From assembly GCA_946534895.1 (NCBI GenBank), contig CAMNDE010000006.1:13504-77503 (forward strand): a DNA stretch of 64,000 nt, read 5' to 3'. Made by a program: the position numbers and the translations under genes. Within the stretch, counting starts at the first letter, position 1. Each line of letters opens with the position of its first letter. The DNA is from an uncultured Clostridia bacterium (GTDB taxonomy: Bacteria > Bacillota > Clostridia > Christensenellales > Aristaeellaceae). Below are positions 9,254 through 19,596 of the stretch, one piece after another. Under the pieces are notes generated by a model. That model worked only from the letters and a program-made list of their open reading frames with translations, ran no database searches and was not told the DNA's origin.

Positions 9254-9284
9254 CATTGCAGACCGATCAGACGGAGGGAAAGAC

Positions 9285-9975
9285 ATGCACGAAAAGCGCG
9301 GTCAATATGAAGCACTGTTCAGGGATCAGCCGGTGTGGAAATCCATCTTTGCCCTGGCGGTGCCGTCGCTTCTGACCATACTGATCATGATCTTCTACAA
9401 TATGGCCGACATGTTTTTCATCGCCCGGCTGGGCGACACGGTAAAAGTGGCGTCGGTTTCCATTGTCACTCCGGTGTTCAGCACGATCATGGCGCTGAGC
9501 ACGATGATCGGCGTGGGCGGCAGTGCCACCATCGCGGGTGCCTTCGACAGGGGAGACTCGGAAAGGGCGGGGAATGTGTCCAGTCTATGCTTCTACAGCG
9601 CTGCCCTGCTGCTGATCTTCCAGAACCCGCTGCTGCGCCTGCTGGGCACCAAGCCGGAAATGATGGAGGATTCGCGCACCTATCTCCAGGTGCTTGCCTG
9701 CGGGACGGTGTTCATGCTGATCTCCTCGGCCATGGGCATGCATGCTGGTCCGGGCGGAGGGTGCGGTCAAGGAGGGCATGTACGGCAATCTGGCGGGAAC
9801 GCTGACCAATATTGTGCTGGATCCGCTGTTTATCCTGGTGTTTGGATGGGGTGTTGCCGGAGCGGCAGCGGCCACGGTGATCGGCAACATGGTGAGCACT
9901 TGCTATTACATTTCCCTGGTGATCGCGGGCATCATGACCGCTTTCCTGATTCCCCTGCTGGTCAGGCTCCTGTGA
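9285..9975 (+). pseudogene. MATE-family efflux transporter, frameshifted and 3-prime truncated
   Basis: MATE N-terminus (WKSIFALAVPSLLTILIMIFYNMADMFFIARLG). The frame breaks at tandem ATGC-ATGC (9738-9745); removing 4 nt restores SAMGMLVRAEGAVKEGMYGNLAGT. The second frame stops at 9975 after about 230 aa in total, roughly half a MATE. Confidence 0.75.
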
Positions 9976-10267
9976 CGGGCTGAAATAGAGAGCATCAGGC
10001 ATGAAAATCATGCTCAGGAACCAAATGGCCGGCATGCTGCCGGAAAAAAACTGAAACAGCTGAACCGATACCGGTATTTCCGTTTTTGTCCTGGAGACTG
10101 TTGATTGTCCGACAGTGTCCGTGACTTTTTGCACTGCTCTTGTGGGATATGCCCGTCTCCGTTATACTTGTCCTATAAAGGCCGATGGTGCGGGCGTTTT
10201 CCAGAGAGACAGGGGGATTTTTTGCCGTACCCATGGCCGGTTTCTGAAACGGCGGCCCGGCATGTGA

Positions 10268-13267
<3,000 letters not shown>

Positions 13268-13386
13268 ACCCCGATTTCCATCCTGCCGGCGGGGCCGGGA
13301 TGGTTGCGCTGGGATATAACGCGCGGCTGACCAGGGAAGGGCAGAATGCATGAAAATGTGCTGCCGGGAAGGCGGCTGTACATACT

Positions 13387-13430
13387 GAAAGCGCTTTGCA
13401 GAAAAAGTCTGCAAAGCGCTTTCTTGATTT
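13387..13430 (+). terminator. intrinsic terminator after beta-galactosidase
   Basis: 15-bp perfect stem GAAAGCGCTTTGCAG(13387-13401)/CTGCAAAGCGCTTTC(13409-13423), then TTGATTT. Confidence 0.55.
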
Positions 13431-13526
13431 CAGGGACTGCATGGCGCAGCCCTTCACGTTGGTGAAGGTCATGACGGGGAACACCAGCTGCGCCGCCGGA
13501 CCGGGTCAGGGCAATGCCCGGGCAGG

Positions 13527-13880
13527 TCATGCCATCAGGTTCCGGAAGGCCTCAAAGGAATCATCACTCATTTCCCAGCTGAAGGAAATGGCATCGCGCA
13601 TGGCCAGGGACGGTTCCACACCGGCTCTTGTGAGCAACTGCTGGAAAAAAAGGACGCGTGTCCGGAGCCGTTCGGAATGTGTTTTCCCTTTGGCGGTAAA
13701 GACCAGATTTCCATCGGGTTCCACTTCCATCAGTTCCTGCTCCCGCAGCTGCCGGAGTGCAGTACTGACGGCGGCTTTGGATACACCCAGATAATGTGCC
13801 ACATCGACAGATCTCACGCACGGATATGTTTCCTTGAGCATCTGCACGGCAAACAGATATCGGTCGTGTGTGCTGTTCAT
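13527..13880 (-). CDS. short DtxR/MntR-family transcriptional regulator (117 aa)
   Basis: N-terminal wHTH YLFAVQMLKETYPCVRSVDVAHYLGVSKAAVSTALRQLREQELM plus a helical segment as in the iron-dependent-repressor fold. ATGA overlap with the upstream AraC-HTH gene. Confidence 0.8.
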   Translation of the reverse strand: MNSTHDRYLFAVQMLKETYPCVRSVDVAHYLGVSKAAVSTALRQLREQELMEVEPDGNLVFTAKGKTHSERLRTRVLFFQQLLTRAGVEPSLAMRDAISFSWEMSDDSFEAFRNLMA

Positions 13881-14245
13881 GGCTCGGTTTCCTCCTGGCC
13901 GGCGGAAGCATGGCGCTTCCGGTATTCACTGGGCGTACAGCCTTCGATTTTTCGGAAAACATGCGTGAAATGGGAGGAGGACACAAATCCTACGGTCTCT
14001 CCGACCTTTGAGATGCTCAGATCCGTGGCTGTCAGAAGTTCCCTGGCATTTTTGCAGCGTACGGCCTGGTGATAGGCGAGCGGGGTTATGCCCGTCTGAC
14101 GCTTGAAGGTACGCATCAGATAGCTTCCGTTCACAAACAGTGCGCCTGCAAGCTTTTCCAGGGAGAATTTTTCAGTGCTGTGTGTATTCAGATAATCCAG
14201 AGCTGCCTCCGTGAGAGCCTTGCCGCCGGTCTGCCTGGTATTCAA
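13877..14245 (-). CDS. AraC-type HTH-only transcriptional regulator (122 aa)
   Basis: Two HTH_18-like helices (FSLEKLAGALFVNGSYLMRTFKRQTG...SISKVGETVGFVSSSHFTHVFRKIEGCTPSEYR) and no sensor domain. TTG start with RBS AGGAAGGTGA. Confidence 0.8.
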   Translation of the reverse strand: MNTRQTGGKALTEAALDYLNTHSTEKFSLEKLAGALFVNGSYLMRTFKRQTGITPLAYHQAVRCKNARELLTATDLSISKVGETVGFVSSSHFTHVFRKIEGCTPSEYRKRHASAGQEETEP

Positions 14246-14276
14246 GCCGAGTCACCTTCCTGATCCGTGTCCTGAA

Positions 14277-14320
14277 ATTAGTTATATCTAACCTTCTGAT
14301 AAATGTTAACATAAACTAAC
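14277..14320. promoter_or_regulatory. two 5-6-5 inverted-repeat operator candidates
   Basis: ATTAG-TTATAT-CTAAC (14277-14292) and GTTAA-CATAAA-CTAAC (14305-14320), 32-60 nt upstream of the regulator operon start in an AT-rich divergent region. Confidence 0.45.
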
Positions 14321-14345
14321 CGCGTTGTCACGGCTTTTGGAAAAA

Positions 14346-14386
14346 GGTCAATATTGGGCAATTAAACAAGTCAAACTGGTCAATAT
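14346..14386. repeat. direct repeat GGTCAATAT x2 (32-bp period)
   Basis: GGTCAATAT at 14346-14354 and at 14378-14386, between the divergent promoters. Confidence 0.5.
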
Positions 14387-14412
14387 CAGGATAGAAATAC
14401 GATAAATGGTTG

Positions 14413-14421
14413 TGCTATGAT
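14413..14421 (+). promoter_or_regulatory. extended -10 (TGcTATGAT) for the iron-uptake operon
   Basis: TG at 14413-14414 and TATGAT at 14416-14421. Weak -35 (TAGAAA around 14392). Confidence 0.35.
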
Positions 14422-14430
14422 ATGGCGCAA

Positions 14431-14446
14431 GTTAGTGAAAACTAAC
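14431..14446. promoter_or_regulatory. perfect 5-6-5 inverted repeat GTTAG-TGAAAA-CTAAC (operator candidate)
   Basis: Lies 10 nt downstream of the -10 element and 50 nt upstream of the FTR1 start. Same architecture as the two sites at 14277-14320. Confidence 0.5.
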
Positions 14447-14495
14447 GGTTTCCCTTCTTCTGGGGAAGAAGCGGGAAGGAAATGGAGGACTTAGA

Positions 14496-16244
14496 ATGAG
14501 AAAGTCAAGGCTCGCCGCGAGTCTGCTGTGCGGCCTGATGGTAATGATGCTGGTGCTGCCCATGGGGGCTTTTGCCGAAGAAGCGTCCACCCGCTGGGCG
14601 GATGCCTCGGATGAAATAGACAAGTACCTGGACGCCGCTTTTGAGAGCTATCTGGATGGCGATGCGAAAACGGCCTATGACAATGTGAGCAACGCCTATT
14701 TCCGGGTATATGAAACCACCGGTTTTGAGCGGCAGACCATGAGCTATGTTTCCGGCAACCGGAAAAATGCGGTGGAAATGCAGTTTTCCGCCTGCAAGGC
14801 CGCGGTGAAGAAGGAAAACACGGACCAGGAGACCATCGTCTCTGTCCGAAGCGCGCTGAAAAAGCTGAAGACCATGATCCGCGAGGACGGGAACAAGCTT
14901 GCGGCGATACAGGGCGGTGTGCAGAGCGAAACCAAGTATTACAAGCGCGGTGAGCTGGTGTCCACTGATCCCTATCCGGAATACTCGGCTGACCCCGGTG
15001 CCGCACAGAAGTATGCCAACTGGTATGAGGCGGCAACCCTGGTAAAGGAACTTCTGGATACCGCCTACATGGGATATCTGGACAAGGATTTTGAGGCGGC
15101 TCAGGACAACCTGAACACCGCCTACTACTCCGTGTATGAAGAGTCCGGGCTGAATCACAGGATCTATACGGACCTGACATTGAAAGACCGGCAGAAAATG
15201 GATGGCTACTTTTCCAACCTGCAGGGCCTGCTCGATAACGCGCAGGTCAAGTATCAGAAAAACAAGTACCGTACCACCACCGATGGCGCCAAGAACACGG
15301 TGCTGAAGCTGGCCAAGGCGCTGGACACGAAGGAAGAGGAAGCCAGGGCAGCGCTTGCTGCGGAATCAGGCGAAGCGGCCGGTGAAACCCAGGAGGAAGC
15401 CGCGCAGCAGACCGATCCCCGGCTGCTGACGTTCCTGGGTGCCTTCGGCATCATTGTCCGTGAGGGCCTGGAAGCCATTCTGGTCATCGCTGCCATCATC
15501 GCGTACCTGACCAAGAGCGGGAACAGCAGGAACCTCAAGAATGTGTATATCGGCGCGGCTGCCGGTGTGGCGGCCAGCTTCATCGCCGCCGGCATTCTGG
15601 CCTGGGAAAAGCAGGCGTTTGTAGGCGCGGGTCTTGCACAGGAAGTGATCGAGGGCATTACCGCACTGATTGCTGTGTGTGTGCTGTTCTATGTGAGCAA
15701 CTGGATGATCTCCAAGGCGGAAGCCGCTTCCTGGAGCCGGTATATCGACGGCAAGGTGCAGTCCTCCGTGGAACAGGGCAGTGCCTTCGCTCTGGCATTC
15801 ACTGCCTTCCTCTCCGTGTTCCGTGAAGGCGCGGAAGTGGTGCTGTTCTACCAGCCGATGCTTTCGGAAGGCAATCCCGGAATGGTGTGGGCCGGCTTCG
15901 GCGCAGGCTGCGTGCTTCTGGTGTTCGTGTATCTGGCGATCACCAAGCTGTCCATCAAGCTGCCGATCAAGCTGTTCTTCACCGCGACATCCATTCTGAT
16001 GGCGATCATGTGCGTTTCCTTCCTGGGCAGCGGCATCAAGGAGCTGGCGGAAGGCAACGTGTTTGACCTGACACTGCGTGTGCCCGGTGTACCGGAGAAC
16101 GACGTGATTCAGATCTTCGGCATTTATCCCTGGATGGAAACTCTGCTGCCTCAGCTGATCCTTTCGATCATCCTGCTGGTCACGTTCCTGATGGCCCATT
16201 ACCGCGGCCGGATCGATGCGCTGAAAGCACAGTATTCCAAGTAA
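14496..16244 (+). CDS. FTR1-family high-affinity iron permease with a long N-terminal extracytoplasmic domain
   Basis: 582 aa. Signal/TM segment, then two REXXE motifs (VREGLEAIL, FREGAEVVL) in a 7-TM C-half. RBS GGAGGA. Confidence 0.9.
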   Translation: MRKSRLAASLLCGLMVMMLVLPMGAFAEEASTRWADASDEIDKYLDAAFESYLDGDAKTAYDNVSNAYFRVYETTGFERQTMSYVSGNRKNAVEMQFSACKAAVKKENTDQETIVSVRSALKKLKTMIREDGNKLAAIQGGVQSETKYYKRGELVSTDPYPEYSADPGAAQKYANWYEAATLVKELLDTAYMGYLDKDFEAAQDNLNTAYYSVYEESGLNHRIYTDLTLKDRQKMDGYFSNLQGLLDNAQVKYQKNKYRTTTDGAKNTVLKLAKALDTKEEEARAALAAESGEAAGETQEEAAQQTDPRLLTFLGAFGIIVREGLEAILVIAAIIAYLTKSGNSRNLKNVYIGAAAGVAASFIAAGILAWEKQAFVGAGLAQEVIEGITALIAVCVLFYVSNWMISKAEAASWSRYIDGKVQSSVEQGSAFALAFTAFLSVFREGAEVVLFYQPMLSEGNPGMVWAGFGAGCVLLVFVYLAITKLSIKLPIKLFFTATSILMAIMCVSFLGSGIKELAEGNVFDLTLRVPGVPENDVIQIFGIYPWMETLLPQLILSIILLVTFLMAHYRGRIDALKAQYSK

Positions 16245-16320
16245 CACAGATACCCCCGCGGACAGCCCCGCGCAGTCCGCGCAGGATATACAATTGACAA
16301 TGATGTAGGAGGATTTCACG

Positions 16321-16869
16321 ATGAAAAAGTTTTTTGCCCTGCTGCTGACTGCTATGCTGCTGATGAGCATGACCGCCGTTGGTCTCGCTGAAGAAGCGGG
16401 TTTCGATGAATATGAACTGGGTGTGGAAGGCGAGCAGACCGTCGACTTCATGACCCTGTCAATGGTGTATTTCCAGCCCGTGGACATGGCTCCCGCCGAG
16501 AATGCCACCCCCAAGGAAGGCTCTGACCTGCACATCGAAGTGGACCTGACCGCCAATGAGAACCCCTATGGCTTCCCGGTGGACGGCTGGGTGCCCTATC
16601 TGAGCATTGACTTCGTGATCAAGGATCTGGAAGGCAAGGAAGTGTATTCCGGTTCCATGATGCCCATGGCCGCCAGCGATGGCCCCCACTATGGCAACAA
16701 CATCCCTCTGGCAGAAGGCGAGTACACCGTGACCCTGTACATCAAGAGCCCTGCTGAGAACGGCTACCTGCTGCATGTGGATGCGGAAACCGGCGTTGAG
16801 GCGGATTCCTTCTGGACCGAGCCTCTGGAAGTCACCTGGACCGGCTGGAAGTTCGTCAAGGAATGGTAA
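16321..16869 (+). CDS. P19/Tp34-type periplasmic iron-transport protein
   Basis: 182 aa, signal peptide. Blocks VYFQPVDM, NENPYGFPVDGWVPYL and PMAASDGPHYGNN are typical of the P19 (FtrA-like) family that partners with FTR1. Confidence 0.85.
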   Translation: MKKFFALLLTAMLLMSMTAVGLAEEAGFDEYELGVEGEQTVDFMTLSMVYFQPVDMAPAENATPKEGSDLHIEVDLTANENPYGFPVDGWVPYLSIDFVIKDLEGKEVYSGSMMPMAASDGPHYGNNIPLAEGEYTVTLYIKSPAENGYLLHVDAETGVEADSFWTEPLEVTWTGWKFVKEW

Positions 16870-16895
16870 GCTGATTCCCGGATAATACTGTCAGT

Positions 16896-16934
16896 ATGCT
16901 GGCGCGTCCCCCGCGGGGGAGGACGCGCCAGCAT
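16896..16934 (+). promoter_or_regulatory. very stable intercistronic stem-loop (processing/stabiliser or partial terminator)
   Basis: 14-bp perfect stem ATGCTGGCGCGTCC(16896-16909)/GGACGCGCCAGCAT(16921-16934). No adjacent U-tract. 27 nt after the P19 stop. Confidence 0.5.
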
Positions 16935-16973
16935 TGTGTGCGTTTACAGATAATTATTTTTGGGGGTTCTGAC

Positions 16974-18269
16974 GTGTTCAAGTATATCTGGATGGTGACG
17001 CAGGATCTGTTTCTTGCCGTCACACTGACCACCCTCATGCATGTGATGCTGTCACGGCTGCTTGGCAGAAAGGGACAGATGGTCCATGGAATCGCCCTGA
17101 TCGCGGGCGTTCTCGCTTCTGTCACGCTGGCTGCCGTGAAATTCAATACGAGACTCATTATATCCAGCCATTGGAATCATTACATTTACGCGGTTATTCT
17201 GGTGCTGACACTGCTGGTTCTGATCCTGACGGCCCTGTTCGGCCGGAAGGAAAACGGGAAAATGCATGCGGGGAGCATGATTCTCTGCGCTGCGGGTTCC
17301 CTTCTGTCAGCCACGCTGATCTTCTATGCCCTGCCCGGCGTACTGCTGTATCCGTTCAGCTTCAATACCATGGGCCAGGGCTATCTGTCCTCATATTACA
17401 TGGTGCGTATGGCCGGATGGCTTGGCGCACTGGTACTCCTGTTCGTATATTCGCGCCTGCTTTCACGCTGTGCGCTGTACATAAAGCCCTACGGCCTGGT
17501 TCCCTTTGCGATGAACGCAGGCCTGCTTTCCTTTGCTGCATACTGTTTCGGCCGCTACTTTGTTCCCTGGGTCAACCGGGCCAAGTGGCTCAAGTGGCCT
17601 GTGAAATACACGGGTGACGCCTACGGGTGGATCGGCGACTGGATGATGTTTACCGCCAATCATTCCATGCTGTTCATCTGGATCACGGTAGTGATCGCCG
17701 CGGTGATGGCAGTCCTGCTCTTCCGGCAGGGCACAGTCATCCGGGAACCCTATGACAACCCCGCCCAGCTACGCAAGCTGAAAGCCCGGAACCGGCACTG
17801 GCGGCGTGTGGCCGCAGGCATTCTGGTGTGCATCTGCCTGTGCACGGTGATCATGACAGTGGTAAAGACCAACGACACCAAGCAGGTGGAGCTTTCCGCG
17901 CCGGAAGCGTATACCGTGGACGAGGCAGCCGGTGTCATTCTGGTACCGATGGAGGCTGTCAGCGACGGACATCTGCACCGGTTTGAGTACAAGACGGAAA
18001 AGAACATCAATGTCCGCTGGATCGCGGTGAAGAAACCGGGTTCCGCATCCTACGGCGTGGGTCTGGATGCCTGCGAGGTGTGCGGCAATGCGGGATACTT
18101 TGAGCGCAGCGGCCAGGTCATCTGCAAGCGCTGCGACGTGGTGATGAACATCAACACCATTGGCTTCAAGGGCGGCTGCAACCCGATTCCCTTGCCTTAC
18201 GAGGTGAAGGACGGCAGCCTGGTCTTCAAGCTGAGCGATATTATTGCGGGTGAAAAAGAATTCAGATAA
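16974..18269 (+). CDS. DUF2318-family membrane protein with C-terminal Cys-rich domain
   Basis: Multi-TM N-half, then CEVCGNAGYFERSGQVICKRCDVVMN...GGCNPIPL. The GTG at 16974 follows GGGGG. The track start at 16896 lies inside the hairpin and was rejected. Same gene order as Campylobacter cj1658-1663, as I recall it. Confidence 0.8.
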   Translation: MFKYIWMVTQDLFLAVTLTTLMHVMLSRLLGRKGQMVHGIALIAGVLASVTLAAVKFNTRLIISSHWNHYIYAVILVLTLLVLILTALFGRKENGKMHAGSMILCAAGSLLSATLIFYALPGVLLYPFSFNTMGQGYLSSYYMVRMAGWLGALVLLFVYSRLLSRCALYIKPYGLVPFAMNAGLLSFAAYCFGRYFVPWVNRAKWLKWPVKYTGDAYGWIGDWMMFTANHSMLFIWITVVIAAVMAVLLFRQGTVIREPYDNPAQLRKLKARNRHWRRVAAGILVCICLCTVIMTVVKTNDTKQVELSAPEAYTVDEAAGVILVPMEAVSDGHLHRFEYKTEKNINVRWIAVKKPGSASYGVGLDACEVCGNAGYFERSGQVICKRCDVVMNINTIGFKGGCNPIPLPYEVKDGSLVFKLSDIIAGEKEFR

Positions 18270-18284
18270 GGAGGGCGCTTCGCA

Positions 18285-19580
18285 ATGCTGTTCCGTATGA
18301 TACGCGGTGTGCTCTTTCATCAGAAGGGCAAAATGCTGCTGATCGCTCTGACCATTGTGCTCGGTGCATCGCTGGCAACAGGGATGCTGAACGTGGTCAT
18401 GGGCGTGGAAGAAAAAGTGAACAAGGAACTGAAAAACTACGGTGCCAATATCACGGTCAAGCCCAAGGATTCCTCACTTCTCGCCGATATCTATGATGTG
18501 GGCGAAGGCGAGGAGCTGAATACGGCCTATCTGCGCGAGGATGAGCTCGGCAAGCTGAAGACCATATTCTGGGCGTTCAATATCGTGGACTTCGCCCCGT
18601 TCCTGGACACGCAGGTGGCCCTGCCGGACGGCAGCACGGCCCGGATGACGGGCACCTGGTTCAATCATCATCTGGACCTTCCCACCGGTGAGAGCCTGGA
18701 CGCGGGCGTGGTGGGCATGCGGTCCTGGTGGGATGTGACAGAAGGACGCTGGCTGGACGAAAAGGATGAAAATGCCGCGTCCGAGGTCATGGCGGGCACG
18801 CTGCTGGCCCAGAGAATGGGCTGGCACGCGGGCGATACCGTGCATATTGCCACCGTTCAGGGGGAAAAGGATGTGACCATTGCCGGCGTGTATGATGCGG
18901 GCGGCGATGAGGACGAGCAGATGTTCGGCATCCTTGACCTGGTGCAGGAAATGACCGACCGGGAAAACAAGGTGGCCTCCATTGAAGTGTCTGCCCTGAC
19001 GACCCCGGACAATGAACTGGCCCGCCGCGCGGCACGCAATCCGGCCGCCCTGTCCTCCCGGGACTACGAGACCTGGTACTGCACGGCCTATGTCAGTGCC
19101 ATCTGCTATCAGATCCAGGAAGTGATCACGGGCTCGGTGGCCAGCGCAGTGCGCAAGGTGGCGGAAAGCGAAGGCACCATCCTGGACAAGACCAAGCTGC
19201 TGATGATCCTGATCACGGCGCTGAGCCTTATCGGTTCGGCACTGGGCATCTCGAACCTGGTGACCGCCTCCGTCATGGAGCGGAGCCAGGAAATCGGCCT
19301 GTTCAAGGCCATCGGCGCCCGGGATCATTCGATCACCGGCGTTGTCATGACCGAGATTCTGATCACCGCGCTGGTGGGATTTGGCGTCGGATATTTCCTG
19401 GGACTGGGTTTTGCGCAGCTCATCGGACAGAGCGTGTTCGGCTCGGCCATTGACCCGAATCCCAAGGTCGCGCCGATCGTAGCCGGTCTGATCGCCCTGG
19501 TCACCATCGCCGGCAGCCTTCCTGCCATCCGCCAGGTGCTGCGCCTGCGGCCTGCAGAAGTGCTGCACGGTGGACATTGA
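18285..19580 (+). CDS. ABC transporter permease, FtsX/MacB-like
   Basis: 431 aa. TM1, a large extracytoplasmic domain, then a C-terminal FtsX 3-TM bundle (ERSQEIGLFKAIGA). RBS AAGGAGGG. Confidence 0.85.
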   Translation: MLFRMIRGVLFHQKGKMLLIALTIVLGASLATGMLNVVMGVEEKVNKELKNYGANITVKPKDSSLLADIYDVGEGEELNTAYLREDELGKLKTIFWAFNIVDFAPFLDTQVALPDGSTARMTGTWFNHHLDLPTGESLDAGVVGMRSWWDVTEGRWLDEKDENAASEVMAGTLLAQRMGWHAGDTVHIATVQGEKDVTIAGVYDAGGDEDEQMFGILDLVQEMTDRENKVASIEVSALTTPDNELARRAARNPAALSSRDYETWYCTAYVSAICYQIQEVITGSVASAVRKVAESEGTILDKTKLLMILITALSLIGSALGISNLVTASVMERSQEIGLFKAIGARDHSITGVVMTEILITALVGFGVGYFLGLGFAQLIGQSVFGSAIDPNPKVAPIVAGLIALVTIAGSLPAIRQVLRLRPAEVLHGGH

Positions 19581-19596
19581 GAAGGTGAAGAGAACG

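Noticed and set aside
16896-16973. N-terminal extensions of several track ORFs: 16896 for the DUF2318 gene, 9225 for MATE, 44219 for GH36, 42838 for GH27, 58779..60161 read as one 460-aa ORF, 61241..61813, 60375..61142, 36481..37440 and 46720 for NrtR.
   Set aside because: In each case the extension overlaps a hairpin, a promoter element or the upstream gene. It lacks an RBS, whereas an internal start with a strong Shine-Dalgarno sequence coincides with the beginning of family homology.
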